Assembly: GCA_037441285.1 (NCBI GenBank)
Contig: JBBISL010000014.1
Span: 1-55,114 of the forward strand
DNA length: 55,114 nucleotides
Direction: 5' to 3'
From: a candidate division WOR-3 bacterium
GTDB taxonomy: Bacteria; Hydrothermota; Tepidihabitantia; Tepidihabitantales; Tepidihabitantaceae
Position 1 is the first letter of the stretch; every line of letters begins with the position of its first letter. Made by a program: the position numbers and the translations under genes. This document shows, in pieces, positions 8,526 through 19,347 of this stretch. The notes beneath the pieces are model-generated. The model worked only from the letters and a program-made list of their open reading frames with translations. It was not told the origin of the DNA and did no database searches.

Positions 8526-9965
8526 ATGATGAAAAGAGAATTTACATTAAACCTTAAATTCCTGGTGTTAGTAGCCTGTACACTTTTCAGTTGGGTATTA
8601 GTCTATGCCGAAGCCGACTCTCTTGTTTTAAATCAGAGTCCTTTTGTGAAGGCGGTGGAACGCGCTATGCCTGCGGTAGTTAACATCTCGGCAGAGAAAG
8701 TGGTAAAAGTTTCTCGAGACCAGATAATTCCTGATTTTGGCGGTCCTTTTGACGAGGAGTTTTTCCGGGAGTTTTTCCGGGGGATACCGATTCCCGAGCA
8801 GAATATCCGTTCACTGGGCTCCGGTGTGATTGTCAGTCCTGAAGGTTATATTGTTACCAATAACCATGTTATTGCCGGCTATGAAGATATCGTAGTAAAA
8901 CTGGCAGATGGCACAGTTTTTAAGGGTGATGATGTTAAGGTTGTCGGCAGGGACCCACAAACCGACCTGGCAGTCTTAAAGGTTAATTCTGATAAGCCGT
9001 TGACGGCAATAAAGTATGCGGACCCGGCAGGTATTAAGGTCGGTGATTGGGCGATAGCCATTGGTAATCCTTTCGGCCTTCAGGGAACGGTTACGGTAGG
9101 TGTGGTTTCCGCGACCGGTCGTTCAGGAATCCCTTTGCCCGAAGGGCCAACCCGCCAGGATTTTATTCAGACTGATGCAGCGATAAATCCGGGTAATTCT
9201 GGAGGTGCACTGGTAAATATTAAGGGTGAGTTGATTGGAATTAACACCGCATTGAGTTCCCCGGTGGGCGCCAATGTTGGTGTTGGTTTTGCAGTGCCAG
9301 TTAGTTATGTTAAGCCGGTTGTAGAGCAATTGATTGCCTATGGTAAGGTGATAAGGGGATATTTGGGTGTTAGGCCGCAGGTGATAAACGAGAAAATCCG
9401 GCAGGCTTTGAAACTTGATGACACAACCGGGGTATTAATAAGTGAGGTTGTTGCGAATACACCCGCGGAAAAGGCGGGGTTGAAGCCCGGGGATGTTATC
9501 GTGGCGATAAATGGCGAAGGGTTTGCCGGTGTGGAGGATTTTCGTAAACGGATAGCGGAATTTAAACCAGGAACAGAAGTAGCGTTAACCGTAATACGAA
9601 ATGGCAAACAGATGACGAAAAAGGCGGTTCTGACCGAATTTCCCGAAGAGAGAGCAGAAAATATACCGACTGATGATGAGAAAGGTAAAGGCTGGTTGGG
9701 TATTAGAGTGAGCGAACTTTCGTCTGATGAAAAGAACGCGGCTGCTGTGAGCCACGGTGTGAAGGTTATTGGGGTTGAGAAAGGGAGCCCGGCTGATAAA
9801 GCGGGAATTGAAGTCGGTGATTTGATTTTGAAGGTGGGAGATGAAACGATAAAAGGGGTGGATGAGTTTTACCGGCTTATCGAAAAGTTGTCCGGGACAA
9901 AGGAGCCGTTGCTTTTGTATATTAAACGCGGGAGCCAGCCGATGTTCGTTGCGGTTGAACCATAA
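8526..9965 (+). CDS. degP: DegP/Do (HtrA) serine protease with two PDZ domains
   Basis: Signal peptide; TNNHV, DLAVL, IQTDAAINPGNSGG; two PDZ (GYLGV...PAEKAGL, GWLGI...PADKAGI). Confidence 0.95.
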   Translation: MMKREFTLNLKFLVLVACTLFSWVLVYAEADSLVLNQSPFVKAVERAMPAVVNISAEKVVKVSRDQIIPDFGGPFDEEFFREFFRGIPIPEQNIRSLGSGVIVSPEGYIVTNNHVIAGYEDIVVKLADGTVFKGDDVKVVGRDPQTDLAVLKVNSDKPLTAIKYADPAGIKVGDWAIAIGNPFGLQGTVTVGVVSATGRSGIPLPEGPTRQDFIQTDAAINPGNSGGALVNIKGELIGINTALSSPVGANVGVGFAVPVSYVKPVVEQLIAYGKVIRGYLGVRPQVINEKIRQALKLDDTTGVLISEVVANTPAEKAGLKPGDVIVAINGEGFAGVEDFRKRIAEFKPGTEVALTVIRNGKQMTKKAVLTEFPEERAENIPTDDEKGKGWLGIRVSELSSDEKNAAAVSHGVKVIGVEKGSPADKAGIEVGDLILKVGDETIKGVDEFYRLIEKLSGTKEPLLLYIKRGSQPMFVAVEP

Positions 9966-10146
9966 ACAGATAGGTCCAATGTTGACGAGCGGCTTAATTT
10001 TTGTCACAATATCAGAACAAAAGGAGGTTTTTAGCGTAGTTTTATTCGTCTTGAATGACAGAAGTTTATTTTATTTGCTGTTTTATTAAAAGAGGAATAG
10101 TTTTTCCAAATTCTCCACCGAAAAAAGAAAGGTGGTTTTTTATATT

Positions 10147-11028
10147 ATGAATGTTAAAAAAGAAAAACCGTTAATACTTGATGGCAAAAAGGTATCCCGG
10201 CTTATAAGAGAAGAACTTAAAGACAGGGTTGTTACACTGAGAAAAAACGGAATTGTTCCGAAACTGGCTATTGTCCTTGTTGGCGAATATGAACCATCGC
10301 TAATCTATGTAACAAATAAAGAACGAGCCTGTCGGTCTACCGGAATTGAGGTAGAAACTTTCCGTCTCGGTGCAGATGTTGAAGAGTCGAGAGTGGTTGA
10401 AATAATCAATCGGTGTAATGAAGACAGGAAAATTCATGGCATTATTTTGCAATTACCATTGCCCAGACATTTAGATAAGGATAAGTTACTTGAAGTCATT
10501 AAGCCGGAAAAGGATATCGATGGTCTAACACCGGTAAATTTAGGGAAACTGGCAGCGGGAAAGCCAAAGTTCATTCCGGCGACACCAAGCGGGATCGTTG
10601 AACTGCTGCTACGGTATTCTATTTCACCTAAGGGGCGCCGGGTAGTAATTGTCGGTCGCGGCGAGCTTGTGGGCAAGCCGCTGGTGAATCTTTTACTTAT
10701 GAAGGGAGAACGCGGAGATGCTACGGTAACAGTGTGTCACAGCCAGACGTTGGACTTAAAATCGATTTGCCGCACAGCAGAAATTTTAATAGTCGCTGCG
10801 GGAAAGCCAGGATTGATTAAGGGTGATATGGTATCACAAGGTGCAGTGGTGGTGGACGCTGGTATTCATCGGACAGAACAAGGTATCGTGGGAGATGTTG
10901 ATTTTGACAGTGTAGCGAAAGTTGCAGGGGCAATTACCCCGGTTCCCGGTGGTGTAGGCCCGATGACGGTAGCGATGTTGTTGTATAATACAGTGGTGGC
11001 GGCAGATGGTAGCGGCAATGGAAATTGA
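10147..11028 (+). CDS. folD: Bifunctional methylene-THF dehydrogenase/cyclohydrolase
   Basis: LDGK, YVTNK, GIILQLPLP, KDIDGL, PATPSG, GDVDF, TPVPGGVGPMTVAML. Confidence 0.96.
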   Translation: MNVKKEKPLILDGKKVSRLIREELKDRVVTLRKNGIVPKLAIVLVGEYEPSLIYVTNKERACRSTGIEVETFRLGADVEESRVVEIINRCNEDRKIHGIILQLPLPRHLDKDKLLEVIKPEKDIDGLTPVNLGKLAAGKPKFIPATPSGIVELLLRYSISPKGRRVVIVGRGELVGKPLVNLLLMKGERGDATVTVCHSQTLDLKSICRTAEILIVAAGKPGLIKGDMVSQGAVVVDAGIHRTEQGIVGDVDFDSVAKVAGAITPVPGGVGPMTVAMLLYNTVVAADGSGNGN

Positions 11029-11833
11029 AGCAGTGCTAACAAAGGACCAGATACTAATCAATAAAGAACTGCGCCGAATTTTTCACGGATTCCGAAGTAT
11101 GCCAGCTCGGTTGCGGGCAGCAATGCGTTATGCGGTATTTTCCGGAGGCAAACGGTTGCGACCAATATTGGCACTGGAAAGTTATCGAGCCTGCGGTGGG
11201 AAAAACCTGAACTACATTGTACCGTTTTGTTGCGGAATAGAGTTAATTCATACTTTTTCTCTCATTCACGACGACCTTCCGGCAATGGATAATGATGATT
11301 TTCGCCGAGGAAAACCTTCTCTTCATCGTCAGTTCGATGAAGGGACAGCGATTCTCGCAGGTGACGCTTTGCTTGCTTTTGCTTTTGAGTTATTTGCCGC
11401 CAGTCCTGCCCCACTTGCCAATCGCTTAAAAGCAATTCAGCTCGTTGCGCACGCCATAGGGCCGAAAGGAATGGCGGGTGGTCAGATGTTTGACCTTGAA
11501 GGGTCGCAAGAAACCGAGCGGGTTGCACGGTTAAAAACCGCCGAATTTATTGCTGCTTCAATCAGTGTTGGGGCAATAATTGCCGGAGCACCGGTGAAAC
11601 TGCAGAAAAAGTTACACCATCTTGGTTTGACTACCGGCGTGCTTTTTCAACTTACCGACGACCTCCTTGATCTCGAACAAGATACCGTCAGGAATAGCAG
11701 GAAAATACAATCCAATCTTATTCGAAGGGCAAACATACTTTCCCGGCGAGCAGAGAAGGGATTTTCTTCTCTGGGGCGTAATTTCTCCTTTTTTTCTCAT
11801 CTGGCTAACTTTATTCTTCGGCGGGATGCTTAG
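11018..11833 (+). CDS. ispA: Polyprenyl (farnesyl/geranylgeranyl) diphosphate synthase
   Basis: GGKRLRP, HDDLPAMDNDDFRRGKP, AGDAL, GQMFD, FQLTDDLLD. Confidence 0.92.
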   Translation: MEIEAVLTKDQILINKELRRIFHGFRSMPARLRAAMRYAVFSGGKRLRPILALESYRACGGKNLNYIVPFCCGIELIHTFSLIHDDLPAMDNDDFRRGKPSLHRQFDEGTAILAGDALLAFAFELFAASPAPLANRLKAIQLVAHAIGPKGMAGGQMFDLEGSQETERVARLKTAEFIAASISVGAIIAGAPVKLQKKLHHLGLTTGVLFQLTDDLLDLEQDTVRNSRKIQSNLIRRANILSRRAEKGFSSLGRNFSFFSHLANFILRRDA

Positions 11834-13705
11834 ATGGCTGTATTAAAATCCGTCAATTTACCTGAGGATATTCGTAAACTGTCGCTTGATGAACTAAGGC
11901 AACTTGCCGGCGAGATTAGAGATTTGATAATTACAACTACATCGCGCACCGGAGGTCATGTAGCCCCAAACCTTGGTGTTGTAGAGTTGACCTTAGCGCT
12001 CCATTATGTTTTTAATACCCCGGACGACCGGATTGTTTGGGATGTGGGGCATCAATGTTATGCTCATAAAATAATTACAGGCCGCAAGGAACAATTTTCC
12101 ACATTGCGCCAATACGGCGGTATCGCCGGTTTTCCTAAAAAGTCGGAAAGTGTTTACGATGTTTTTGATACGGGACATTCTGGTAATTCAATTTCAGTTT
12201 CTCTTGGAATGGCAACAGCAGATTTTTTACTCGGTAATAGTACCCGACGCACAGTGGCAGTAATCGGGGATGGTTCAATTGTCAGTGGAATTGCGCTTGA
12301 GGCGCTAAACCATGCCGGGATGTTGAAGCGAGATATTGTAGTTGTTCTCAACGATAACGAGATGTCGATTGCCCGTTCAACCGGTGCCATTGCTGCCTAT
12401 CTTAATCGGGTAATTACGGGCAGGGTTTACAATAGGTTGCGGGAAGATGCCTGGTCCTTACTCGGACATTTACCGAAAGATTTAAGTGTCCGTGCCCGAC
12501 TTGCGGCAAGAAAACTTGAAGAGGGGTTAAAAAATCTTGTTGTTCCCAGCCTTCTATTTGAGGAGTTGGGTTTTAGGTATATTGGGCCGGTAGATGGGCA
12601 TAGTATTCCCGAATTGATAGAGACCTTTCGTCGAGTAAGAGGGCTTAAAGGCCCGGTATTGATTCATGCCGTAACCAAAAAAGGTCAAGGTTACTCGATA
12701 GCGATGGAGCAACCAGAACGCTTTCATGGCATTGGCCCTTTTGATGTAAAAACGGGTGCCTCCAGACTATCTTCAGGACTAACATTCACAGAAAGTTTCG
12801 GCAGAAAAATTGTTGAGCTTGCGGAACGAAACCCACGAGTGGTTACAATAACGGCGGGGATGTGTCTGGGAACAGGGCTGGAACAATTTAGAGAGAAGTT
12901 CCCTGATAGGTTTTTTGATGTGGGGATTTGCGAGCAGCATGCGGTGAGTTTTGCAGCGGGGTTAGCGCAAAGTGGATTAAGACCGGTGGTGGCGATATAT
13001 TCTACTTTTTTGATGCGGGCAATAGACCAGTTATTGCAAGATGTATGTTTGCAGAATCTGCCGGTGGTCTTTGCGATAGACCGAGCGGGTCTGGTTGGTG
13101 AGGATGGGCCAACTCATCATGGGGTTTATGACCTTTCGTACCTGACAATGCTACCCGGCATAACAATATTTGCTCCACGAGACGAGTTTGATATGGCGCG
13201 GATGTTGGAGTATGCGATTGAATGGGTTAATGGTCCGGTAGCGCTTCGTTACCCCCGCGGTGGTTCAGAATTAACTCTTTTGTTCTCCGAAAGAAGTCCA
13301 ATTGAACCCGGGAAGGGAGAATTGTTACGGGACGGAGAGGACGGCGCGGTTCTCGCCGTAGGCTCGATGGTAAAATATGCCCTCGAAGCCGCAGAACTTC
13401 TTGCCCAGCAGGGTCTGGACTTGGCGGTGGCTGACGCTCGCTCAGTTAAACCTGTTGACGAGGAACTTATAACGCGGCTGGCACGGATAAAAGGTAAACT
13501 GGTTACACTTGAGGAAAATACTCTTTTGGGCGGGTTTGGGAATCTCGTGAGTTTAGTTCTTGAAAAAAGAGATGTTGACTGCAAGTTACGCCGGATTGGG
13601 CTGGAAGATAGATTTTTCGGGCACGGTCCTCGGAAGAAGTTGTTAGAAGAATGTGGGTTGAGCGTTGCTAAGATTAGCAGCAATTTAATGCAGTTTTTTC
13701 GATGA
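11834..13705 (+). CDS. dxs: 1-deoxy-D-xylulose-5-phosphate synthase
   Basis: WDVGHQCY, GDG...NDN, GPVDGH, DVGICEQHAV, YSTF, DRAGLVGEDGPTHHG. Confidence 0.97.
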   Translation: MAVLKSVNLPEDIRKLSLDELRQLAGEIRDLIITTTSRTGGHVAPNLGVVELTLALHYVFNTPDDRIVWDVGHQCYAHKIITGRKEQFSTLRQYGGIAGFPKKSESVYDVFDTGHSGNSISVSLGMATADFLLGNSTRRTVAVIGDGSIVSGIALEALNHAGMLKRDIVVVLNDNEMSIARSTGAIAAYLNRVITGRVYNRLREDAWSLLGHLPKDLSVRARLAARKLEEGLKNLVVPSLLFEELGFRYIGPVDGHSIPELIETFRRVRGLKGPVLIHAVTKKGQGYSIAMEQPERFHGIGPFDVKTGASRLSSGLTFTESFGRKIVELAERNPRVVTITAGMCLGTGLEQFREKFPDRFFDVGICEQHAVSFAAGLAQSGLRPVVAIYSTFLMRAIDQLLQDVCLQNLPVVFAIDRAGLVGEDGPTHHGVYDLSYLTMLPGITIFAPRDEFDMARMLEYAIEWVNGPVALRYPRGGSELTLLFSERSPIEPGKGELLRDGEDGAVLAVGSMVKYALEAAELLAQQGLDLAVADARSVKPVDEELITRLARIKGKLVTLEENTLLGGFGNLVSLVLEKRDVDCKLRRIGLEDRFFGHGPRKKLLEECGLSVAKISSNLMQFFR

Positions 13706-16700
13706 ACAGAGTTAAATTTTGGGCATTTCTTGGGATATTACTTTTTTTCTCAACTTATTTATTTGGTTACACCTTGTTTGAAGAGCCAAAGGTTGTTGCT
13801 CGACCTGATTATGTGCTGGGCGTTGTTTTTCTTGAAAGGTGGCGAGATGATGTTTTTTGGGGAGTGGAAAAGGTAATTCCCCTTGAAGAGTACTTAGATT
13901 ACTCGATTAAAGAAGCGGTGATTGCTACCTGGCAAAGTGAGGCACGGCAGACGATGGAGCGACGAGAGCTGGCTGCGGAACCGAGCGGGTTAATTCCCGA
14001 CATTGAAATACCCAAATTGCCGATATTAGGGGAAGGCTCTAAGATAGATATCACAGGAAGTGACCGAATAACGCTGGGTGGCAGTCAGACGGTGGTTACC
14101 GGTGTAACTCAGACGGCAAATCAACCTTCGCTTTTCCCTGAGTTGAAGATGGAACAACAATTGGCGGTTAGCGTTAATGGAACGATTGGCGAGCGGGTGA
14201 AGGTTACCATTGATCATAATTCAGAAAGAGAAGAGCAGCAGAATAAAATTAGACTGCAATACACAGGAACCGAAGACGATGCGGTTCGTTCAATTGAGCT
14301 GGGAGATACCAAACTGGATATTCCCGGAACCAGTTACACAGGAGACCTGCCAGCGCGGCAAGGGCTTTTCGGTATTTCGGCAAAGGGTAAAATGGGTCCA
14401 GTTGACTTATATGCTGTTGCCTCGCGGGAAGGCTCACAAAGTCAAAGTCAAAGTTTTACCGGTAAGAGGCGAGTGAAGACCGATACCATCTGGGATGTAG
14501 ACTTCGTCCCACGGCGTTTTTATCGACTTCCGGGTGTAGATACAAGCGAGCGGTTGGTCGGTTTAAGAATTTACATCGACGACCGAAACTCTGGTAACAA
14601 CCAGGCGGCGGTGAAGGCAATCGCGACGGTTTTCCCTAATGCACCCGATTCAGTTGTTGAAGACACTACTACTTGGTGGAGTTATGACCGGTCAGGCGGT
14701 GATTTCGACCTCAAAGCACCGGGCATCGACTATGTTGTTCAGCCCAATAATATAGTTGAATTCCTGAACCCGATTGAACGCAATTATATCATCGGAGCGG
14801 TTATTTATAAGGCGAACGATACGCTGGGGGGGCAACTATTACGCGATTCGTTAGTTTTGTGTTTGCTTAAACCGGAAGTGAGTGATTCTCTTTCTCGAGC
14901 CTGGGATTTGGAACTTCGGAACAGTTATCAATTACCAGAAACCGATGTTAAATTGGACGCGATTCAAATATTCCGTTATGACCCTCAGGGTCAACACGCC
15001 GATTATGAAACCGACCCCGCCAATCCATACTTCGGGATGAAATTTCTTCAGATTTTGAGATTGGACCCCGACGGTGATGGTAAACTTCAATATCCCGAGT
15101 TTGACACTAAAACAGGTATTATCAGATTTCCCGGGTTAAAGCCATTTGCCGCAGCAGAACTTTCGGTAAAGGATTCAATTATCTACCGAGTCAATACCGA
15201 TATTTTACCACCCGGTTTGGGCAGGAAATATTTTCTCGTTGCCTCTTATTATTCGGTTACCGAGACTTATTATCTGGGGCAGACGGACATTATGGAAAAT
15301 TCCGAGAAAATCCTTGTCAATGGACAATTGAAAACACGAAATGTGGATTACTCGATTGATTATAAAACCGGTGTCGTCACTTTTTTAACCCCTTTACCGC
15401 CCGACGCCGATATTCAGGTAACATTTGAATACCAGCCATGGTTTTCTCTTACCCAGAGTTCGTTGGTGGGTACCAGGGCAGAATGGGTTTTTGCGCCGCA
15501 GGGTAAAGTTGGCTCCAGTTTTTTCTTCCGGGACGAAGGCATCCGGGAAGATAAACCAATTCTTGGTTCGGAGCCTTTTCAGCGTACCATTGCCGAAACC
15601 GATATTGGTTACAGTGTAACATCAGATGCGGTCACAGCGTTTCTTGACCGGCTTCCCATTCTCTGGGCACAGGCTCCATCCCGTCTTGATTTTCGGACCG
15701 AAGGAGCAGTTTCTCTGCCGAATCCCAATACCCGGGGTGTGGCTTATCTTGATGATTTTGAGGGGACAACAATCACACGAGATGTTCCCAATACGGCCTT
15801 GCTCTGGTCACTGGCATCAGTACCGGTTGGCAAAGACACCAGTCAGTTTGCCCGTACCCCGCTAAAATGGATTAACCCAGCAAAGAAGGTTCGCAAGGAC
15901 AGTGTATTTGGGACCAATATTGGTGACGAGGCGAGTGAGACGCAAGATATTCTGCAAGTTATTTTTACTCCTGACAACTCCGCAACCTGGGCCGGTATAA
16001 TGCAAGCACCACCTGGGGCGCAAATCGGGATGAATTTTACCGACATTGAAAATCTTGAATTGATTATGAGGTCGCGACGAGGGCAGGGGAATTTGCACAT
16101 TTCAGTTGGAATGGCGATTGATGAGGATACACCGCGCCGCGCAAAAGATGGTACGATTAAAGGGCTCAATGGCCGCCTTGATACCGAAGACCGAAATGGC
16201 AACGGTATCCTTGACGAGGATGAAGATACCGGGCTTGATAGTGTATTCGGTTCAGATTCTCTATGGAACCCAGGCTCATTAGATGATGGCAATGACGATT
16301 ACGACCCGTATACCAATCAACAGGGAACCGAAAGGAATCGTCGTCTTGATGCGGAAGACCTGGACCGTAATGGGTTTTCTCGTTACAACCATTACTTTGA
16401 ATATACCATTTCGCTACAAGACGAGAAGTTTCTAACACCCCTTTACAACAACTGGCGCCTCTATCGACTTCCTTTACGCGATAGTACCCTTTTTAACAAA
16501 ATCGGCACTCCGAAGTGGGAGGATATACGGGTGGTTCGGGTTTGGTTTGATGAATTTGACGGTTTGGATACCTTAGAAATATATTCAATTCAATTTGTTG
16601 GAAGCAAATGGCGCGACCCCAGGATTACCGACAAGATGGACAACAGGATTGTTATTGCTGATACCACGGAAAAAGTTTGGGTCGGTCAGGTTTCCAAGAA

Positions 16701-19347
16701 AACAGATACCACTTATAACTCACCGTTTGAACTCAAACGAGATATAACCGGACGATTAGAAACTGAAGCAGCACTTTTGTTCGGGTACAGTAACTTAGAT
16801 ACTGCTCATCAGGCGTTTATTAGTAAGACAATTACCTCCGGCGAAGATTATCGCGACTACGAAGAGTTACGCTGGTTTGTCCACGACGAGGGAAATGGAC
16901 TCAACACTTTTATTAGACTCGGTTCCGATTCGGCAAACTATTACGAATTTCGTGCTCCGATTACATCGGGTAGAAAGATAGCATACGGGGATGGCAGATG
17001 GTTTGAATTTTCAATAAAACTGGAATCGTTACCTTTTCTTAAGTTAAAGCGCGATTCCTTAAGGATAACACCGGAGTCAATCTTGACCATAAAGATGGGC
17101 GAGCATTATTACCGAATCAAAGGAATGCCTCTTTTAGCCAATATCCGCTGGACCGCCCTGGGTATTGAAAACACCGGTATTGAAAGAGTGAGCGGCGGTG
17201 TTTGGTTTAATGACCTTCGGCTGACAACACCGCGTAAGGACCCGGGATATGGGTTCACAGCGCAAACGAACTTCCAGCTGGCAGATTTTGCGGCAATTGA
17301 TTTGAGGTACTCATATTCCGACCCCAACTTTCGCCGTTTTTCCGATGGAAGAGGTGTAAAAACTGGTGGTTTTGAGCAAAACTTCGGCACTAATGTACGG
17401 ATAAGTTTTGACCACTTCTTTCCCCGGGAGTGGAAATTATCAATTCCTTTTGGGTATTCAATGTCGCGTCAGGTTTCGGTCCCGAAGTTTTCTCCAACAT
17501 ATCCTGACTTAAGATTGAAGCTGGAAGATGGGACACGGTTAATCGGCAGGGGGGTTGCGCAGGAAATTAATCTAACAAATATTTCTAAGGGTAAGTCCAA
17601 CAATAAATTGCTTAATTATACTATTGAAGCAATGAGTTTCTCCTGGTATGAACGCTGGGCGGCAAGTCGTAGATATCCTTTTTTTGATTCCAGTAATGCG
17701 CAGGGATGGCAATGGCGATATGGTATCAATCCGGATGTAAAGATTTCCCTCGGCAAAGATAAAGAACTTTATCCTTTACCTCGTGACATTCAGTTGGCGA
17801 TAACTCGAGGGAGACGCATTGATATTCAGGGGGATACGATTCGTTCTTATCCTGATACGCTGCGCGGCAACGGAATTTCCGGAGATTTTAGTGTTGGGTT
17901 TTCTCCTATAGAAGACCTTAATATCGAATATGGATGGGAAACAGAACGAGATTTAATTACCTCCAACCCTGATACGATTTTCCGTTTTCCGGTGGGAGCA
18001 GAAGGTCGCCGAAATGAAGACTTCAATGTTTCCTATGAATTACAGATTGGGGAAATTTTCAATCCGTCTATTGAGTTCAACGGCGAGTATAACTACGAAC
18101 GTCCTAAAATTGGCACCACCTATGCAGATTATCGGAATATCGATAATTCGGGCGAAATAGCACTCAGTGCGACATTAGAACTGCCGGATATATTGGATAA
18201 GGTTGCTACTGCTCCCCAAAGGCAATCTGTTTCTCCGCACACACCTACGAGAGAAACCGGAAGATTGCGAAGCAAACAACCAAACGAGGAAGAGCAGGCA
18301 GGGGATACGACTGCGGTGGTATTGGAAAAGGATACCAGTTCCGCCGCATTACCGGCACCGAAAAAATCTGCAATATTTGTTGATCTCAAGTCGGTTGTTG
18401 GTGAACTGGCAAAAAATATTGAACCTTTGGAAGTAAGTTACTCAATTTCGCGCAATAGTGATTATCAGGTGTTTCCTGGAGCAGCGCCTTGGTATTATCG
18501 ATTTGGATTTGTTGATACATTTCCAATTGATACCATAGTTGGCAGACTTCCGCGCACAAGAGAACTTGATAACAACTTCCGATTTTCAACAGGCGCTGGT
18601 TACCGAGACTTTTCAATTATACTGGATTACAACCTCAGCTGGGGGAAAAACGCTGCTCTTGTTGGTGCAACTGCAGACCGTAATTTGATCTGGCCTAACA
18701 TTCAAATTAATATTAATCGGGTACACAATTTATTTAGTGCGTTTGCTACTGATTCTCGAATTTCTTCCAGCTATCGGAAGAGCTGGGATATGAGAGCCGA
18801 GTTACTGCCAACTTCTTATGGTGGCGAAACACTGGCGATATTTGGTCGCACCGAAACAAGGTCGATTGATTTAAATCCTCTTTTCTCTTGGCAAACCACT
18901 TGGAAAAAGAGAATTTCGACAACATTTAATATAAATTACAGTACGATTAGCAACATCTCCTATCTCAGTGAAACCGGTATCAATCGCAGCCAGACGGATT
19001 CTCGGACTCAGGGTGCCAACTTTTCTCTTTCCTATGCCTTTTCTGCTCCTCAGGGTTTGAAGTTGCCATTTTTAAGACGGGTTAGATTTTCTTCAGATTT
19101 GAACCTTACCGGCCAGCTGCGAATATCTCAAACATTGCGGGACCAGAAAGTCTGGAGTTCTATTGGCGAACCTTCGGTTGTACCTCAACAAAGAGACAAT
19201 GCATTTGGCACAACCATTGGGGCATCTTACCGGTTTTCCCGAGCTATTGAAGCAGGGTTGAATACCGGCTACAGCTACAACCGGGGACTGAGCGGTATCA
19301 CTACCCGTCGAACCGATCTAAACTGCTGGGTACTGTTTCGCTTTTAA
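13702..19347 (+). CDS. sprA: SprA/Sov-like giant outer-membrane beta-barrel (T9SS translocon homolog)
   Basis: Signal peptide; VNGTIGERVKVTIDH, LFGI, SEKILVNG...DYSIDYKTGVVTF, AYLDDFEG, DTEDRNGNG repeats, VWFNDLRL; many amphipathic strands; C-terminal Phe. Confidence 0.85.
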   Translation: MNRVKFWAFLGILLFFSTYLFGYTLFEEPKVVARPDYVLGVVFLERWRDDVFWGVEKVIPLEEYLDYSIKEAVIATWQSEARQTMERRELAAEPSGLIPDIEIPKLPILGEGSKIDITGSDRITLGGSQTVVTGVTQTANQPSLFPELKMEQQLAVSVNGTIGERVKVTIDHNSEREEQQNKIRLQYTGTEDDAVRSIELGDTKLDIPGTSYTGDLPARQGLFGISAKGKMGPVDLYAVASREGSQSQSQSFTGKRRVKTDTIWDVDFVPRRFYRLPGVDTSERLVGLRIYIDDRNSGNNQAAVKAIATVFPNAPDSVVEDTTTWWSYDRSGGDFDLKAPGIDYVVQPNNIVEFLNPIERNYIIGAVIYKANDTLGGQLLRDSLVLCLLKPEVSDSLSRAWDLELRNSYQLPETDVKLDAIQIFRYDPQGQHADYETDPANPYFGMKFLQILRLDPDGDGKLQYPEFDTKTGIIRFPGLKPFAAAELSVKDSIIYRVNTDILPPGLGRKYFLVASYYSVTETYYLGQTDIMENSEKILVNGQLKTRNVDYSIDYKTGVVTFLTPLPPDADIQVTFEYQPWFSLTQSSLVGTRAEWVFAPQGKVGSSFFFRDEGIREDKPILGSEPFQRTIAETDIGYSVTSDAVTAFLDRLPILWAQAPSRLDFRTEGAVSLPNPNTRGVAYLDDFEGTTITRDVPNTALLWSLASVPVGKDTSQFARTPLKWINPAKKVRKDSVFGTNIGDEASETQDILQVIFTPDNSATWAGIMQAPPGAQIGMNFTDIENLELIMRSRRGQGNLHISVGMAIDEDTPRRAKDGTIKGLNGRLDTEDRNGNGILDEDEDTGLDSVFGSDSLWNPGSLDDGNDDYDPYTNQQGTERNRRLDAEDLDRNGFSRYNHYFEYTISLQDEKFLTPLYNNWRLYRLPLRDSTLFNKIGTPKWEDIRVVRVWFDEFDGLDTLEIYSIQFVGSKWRDPRITDKMDNRIVIADTTEKVWVGQVSKKTDTTYNSPFELKRDITGRLETEAALLFGYSNLDTAHQAFISKTITSGEDYRDYEELRWFVHDEGNGLNTFIRLGSDSANYYEFRAPITSGRKIAYGDGRWFEFSIKLESLPFLKLKRDSLRITPESILTIKMGEHYYRIKGMPLLANIRWTALGIENTGIERVSGGVWFNDLRLTTPRKDPGYGFTAQTNFQLADFAAIDLRYSYSDPNFRRFSDGRGVKTGGFEQNFGTNVRISFDHFFPREWKLSIPFGYSMSRQVSVPKFSPTYPDLRLKLEDGTRLIGRGVAQEINLTNISKGKSNNKLLNYTIEAMSFSWYERWAASRRYPFFDSSNAQGWQWRYGINPDVKISLGKDKELYPLPRDIQLAITRGRRIDIQGDTIRSYPDTLRGNGISGDFSVGFSPIEDLNIEYGWETERDLITSNPDTIFRFPVGAEGRRNEDFNVSYELQIGEIFNPSIEFNGEYNYERPKIGTTYADYRNIDNSGEIALSATLELPDILDKVATAPQRQSVSPHTPTRETGRLRSKQPNEEEQAGDTTAVVLEKDTSSAALPAPKKSAIFVDLKSVVGELAKNIEPLEVSYSISRNSDYQVFPGAAPWYYRFGFVDTFPIDTIVGRLPRTRELDNNFRFSTGAGYRDFSIILDYNLSWGKNAALVGATADRNLIWPNIQININRVHNLFSAFATDSRISSSYRKSWDMRAELLPTSYGGETLAIFGRTETRSIDLNPLFSWQTTWKKRISTTFNINYSTISNISYLSETGINRSQTDSRTQGANFSLSYAFSAPQGLKLPFLRRVRFSSDLNLTGQLRISQTLRDQKVWSSIGEPSVVPQQRDNAFGTTIGASYRFSRAIEAGLNTGYSYNRGLSGITTRRTDLNCWVLFRF

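Noticed and set aside
9966..10146. THF or ZTP riboswitch, or attenuator, upstream of folD (CCACC...GGTGG-TTTTTT)
   Set aside because: Only a 5-bp stem with an 11-nt loop in AT-rich sequence; no riboswitch consensus recognised.
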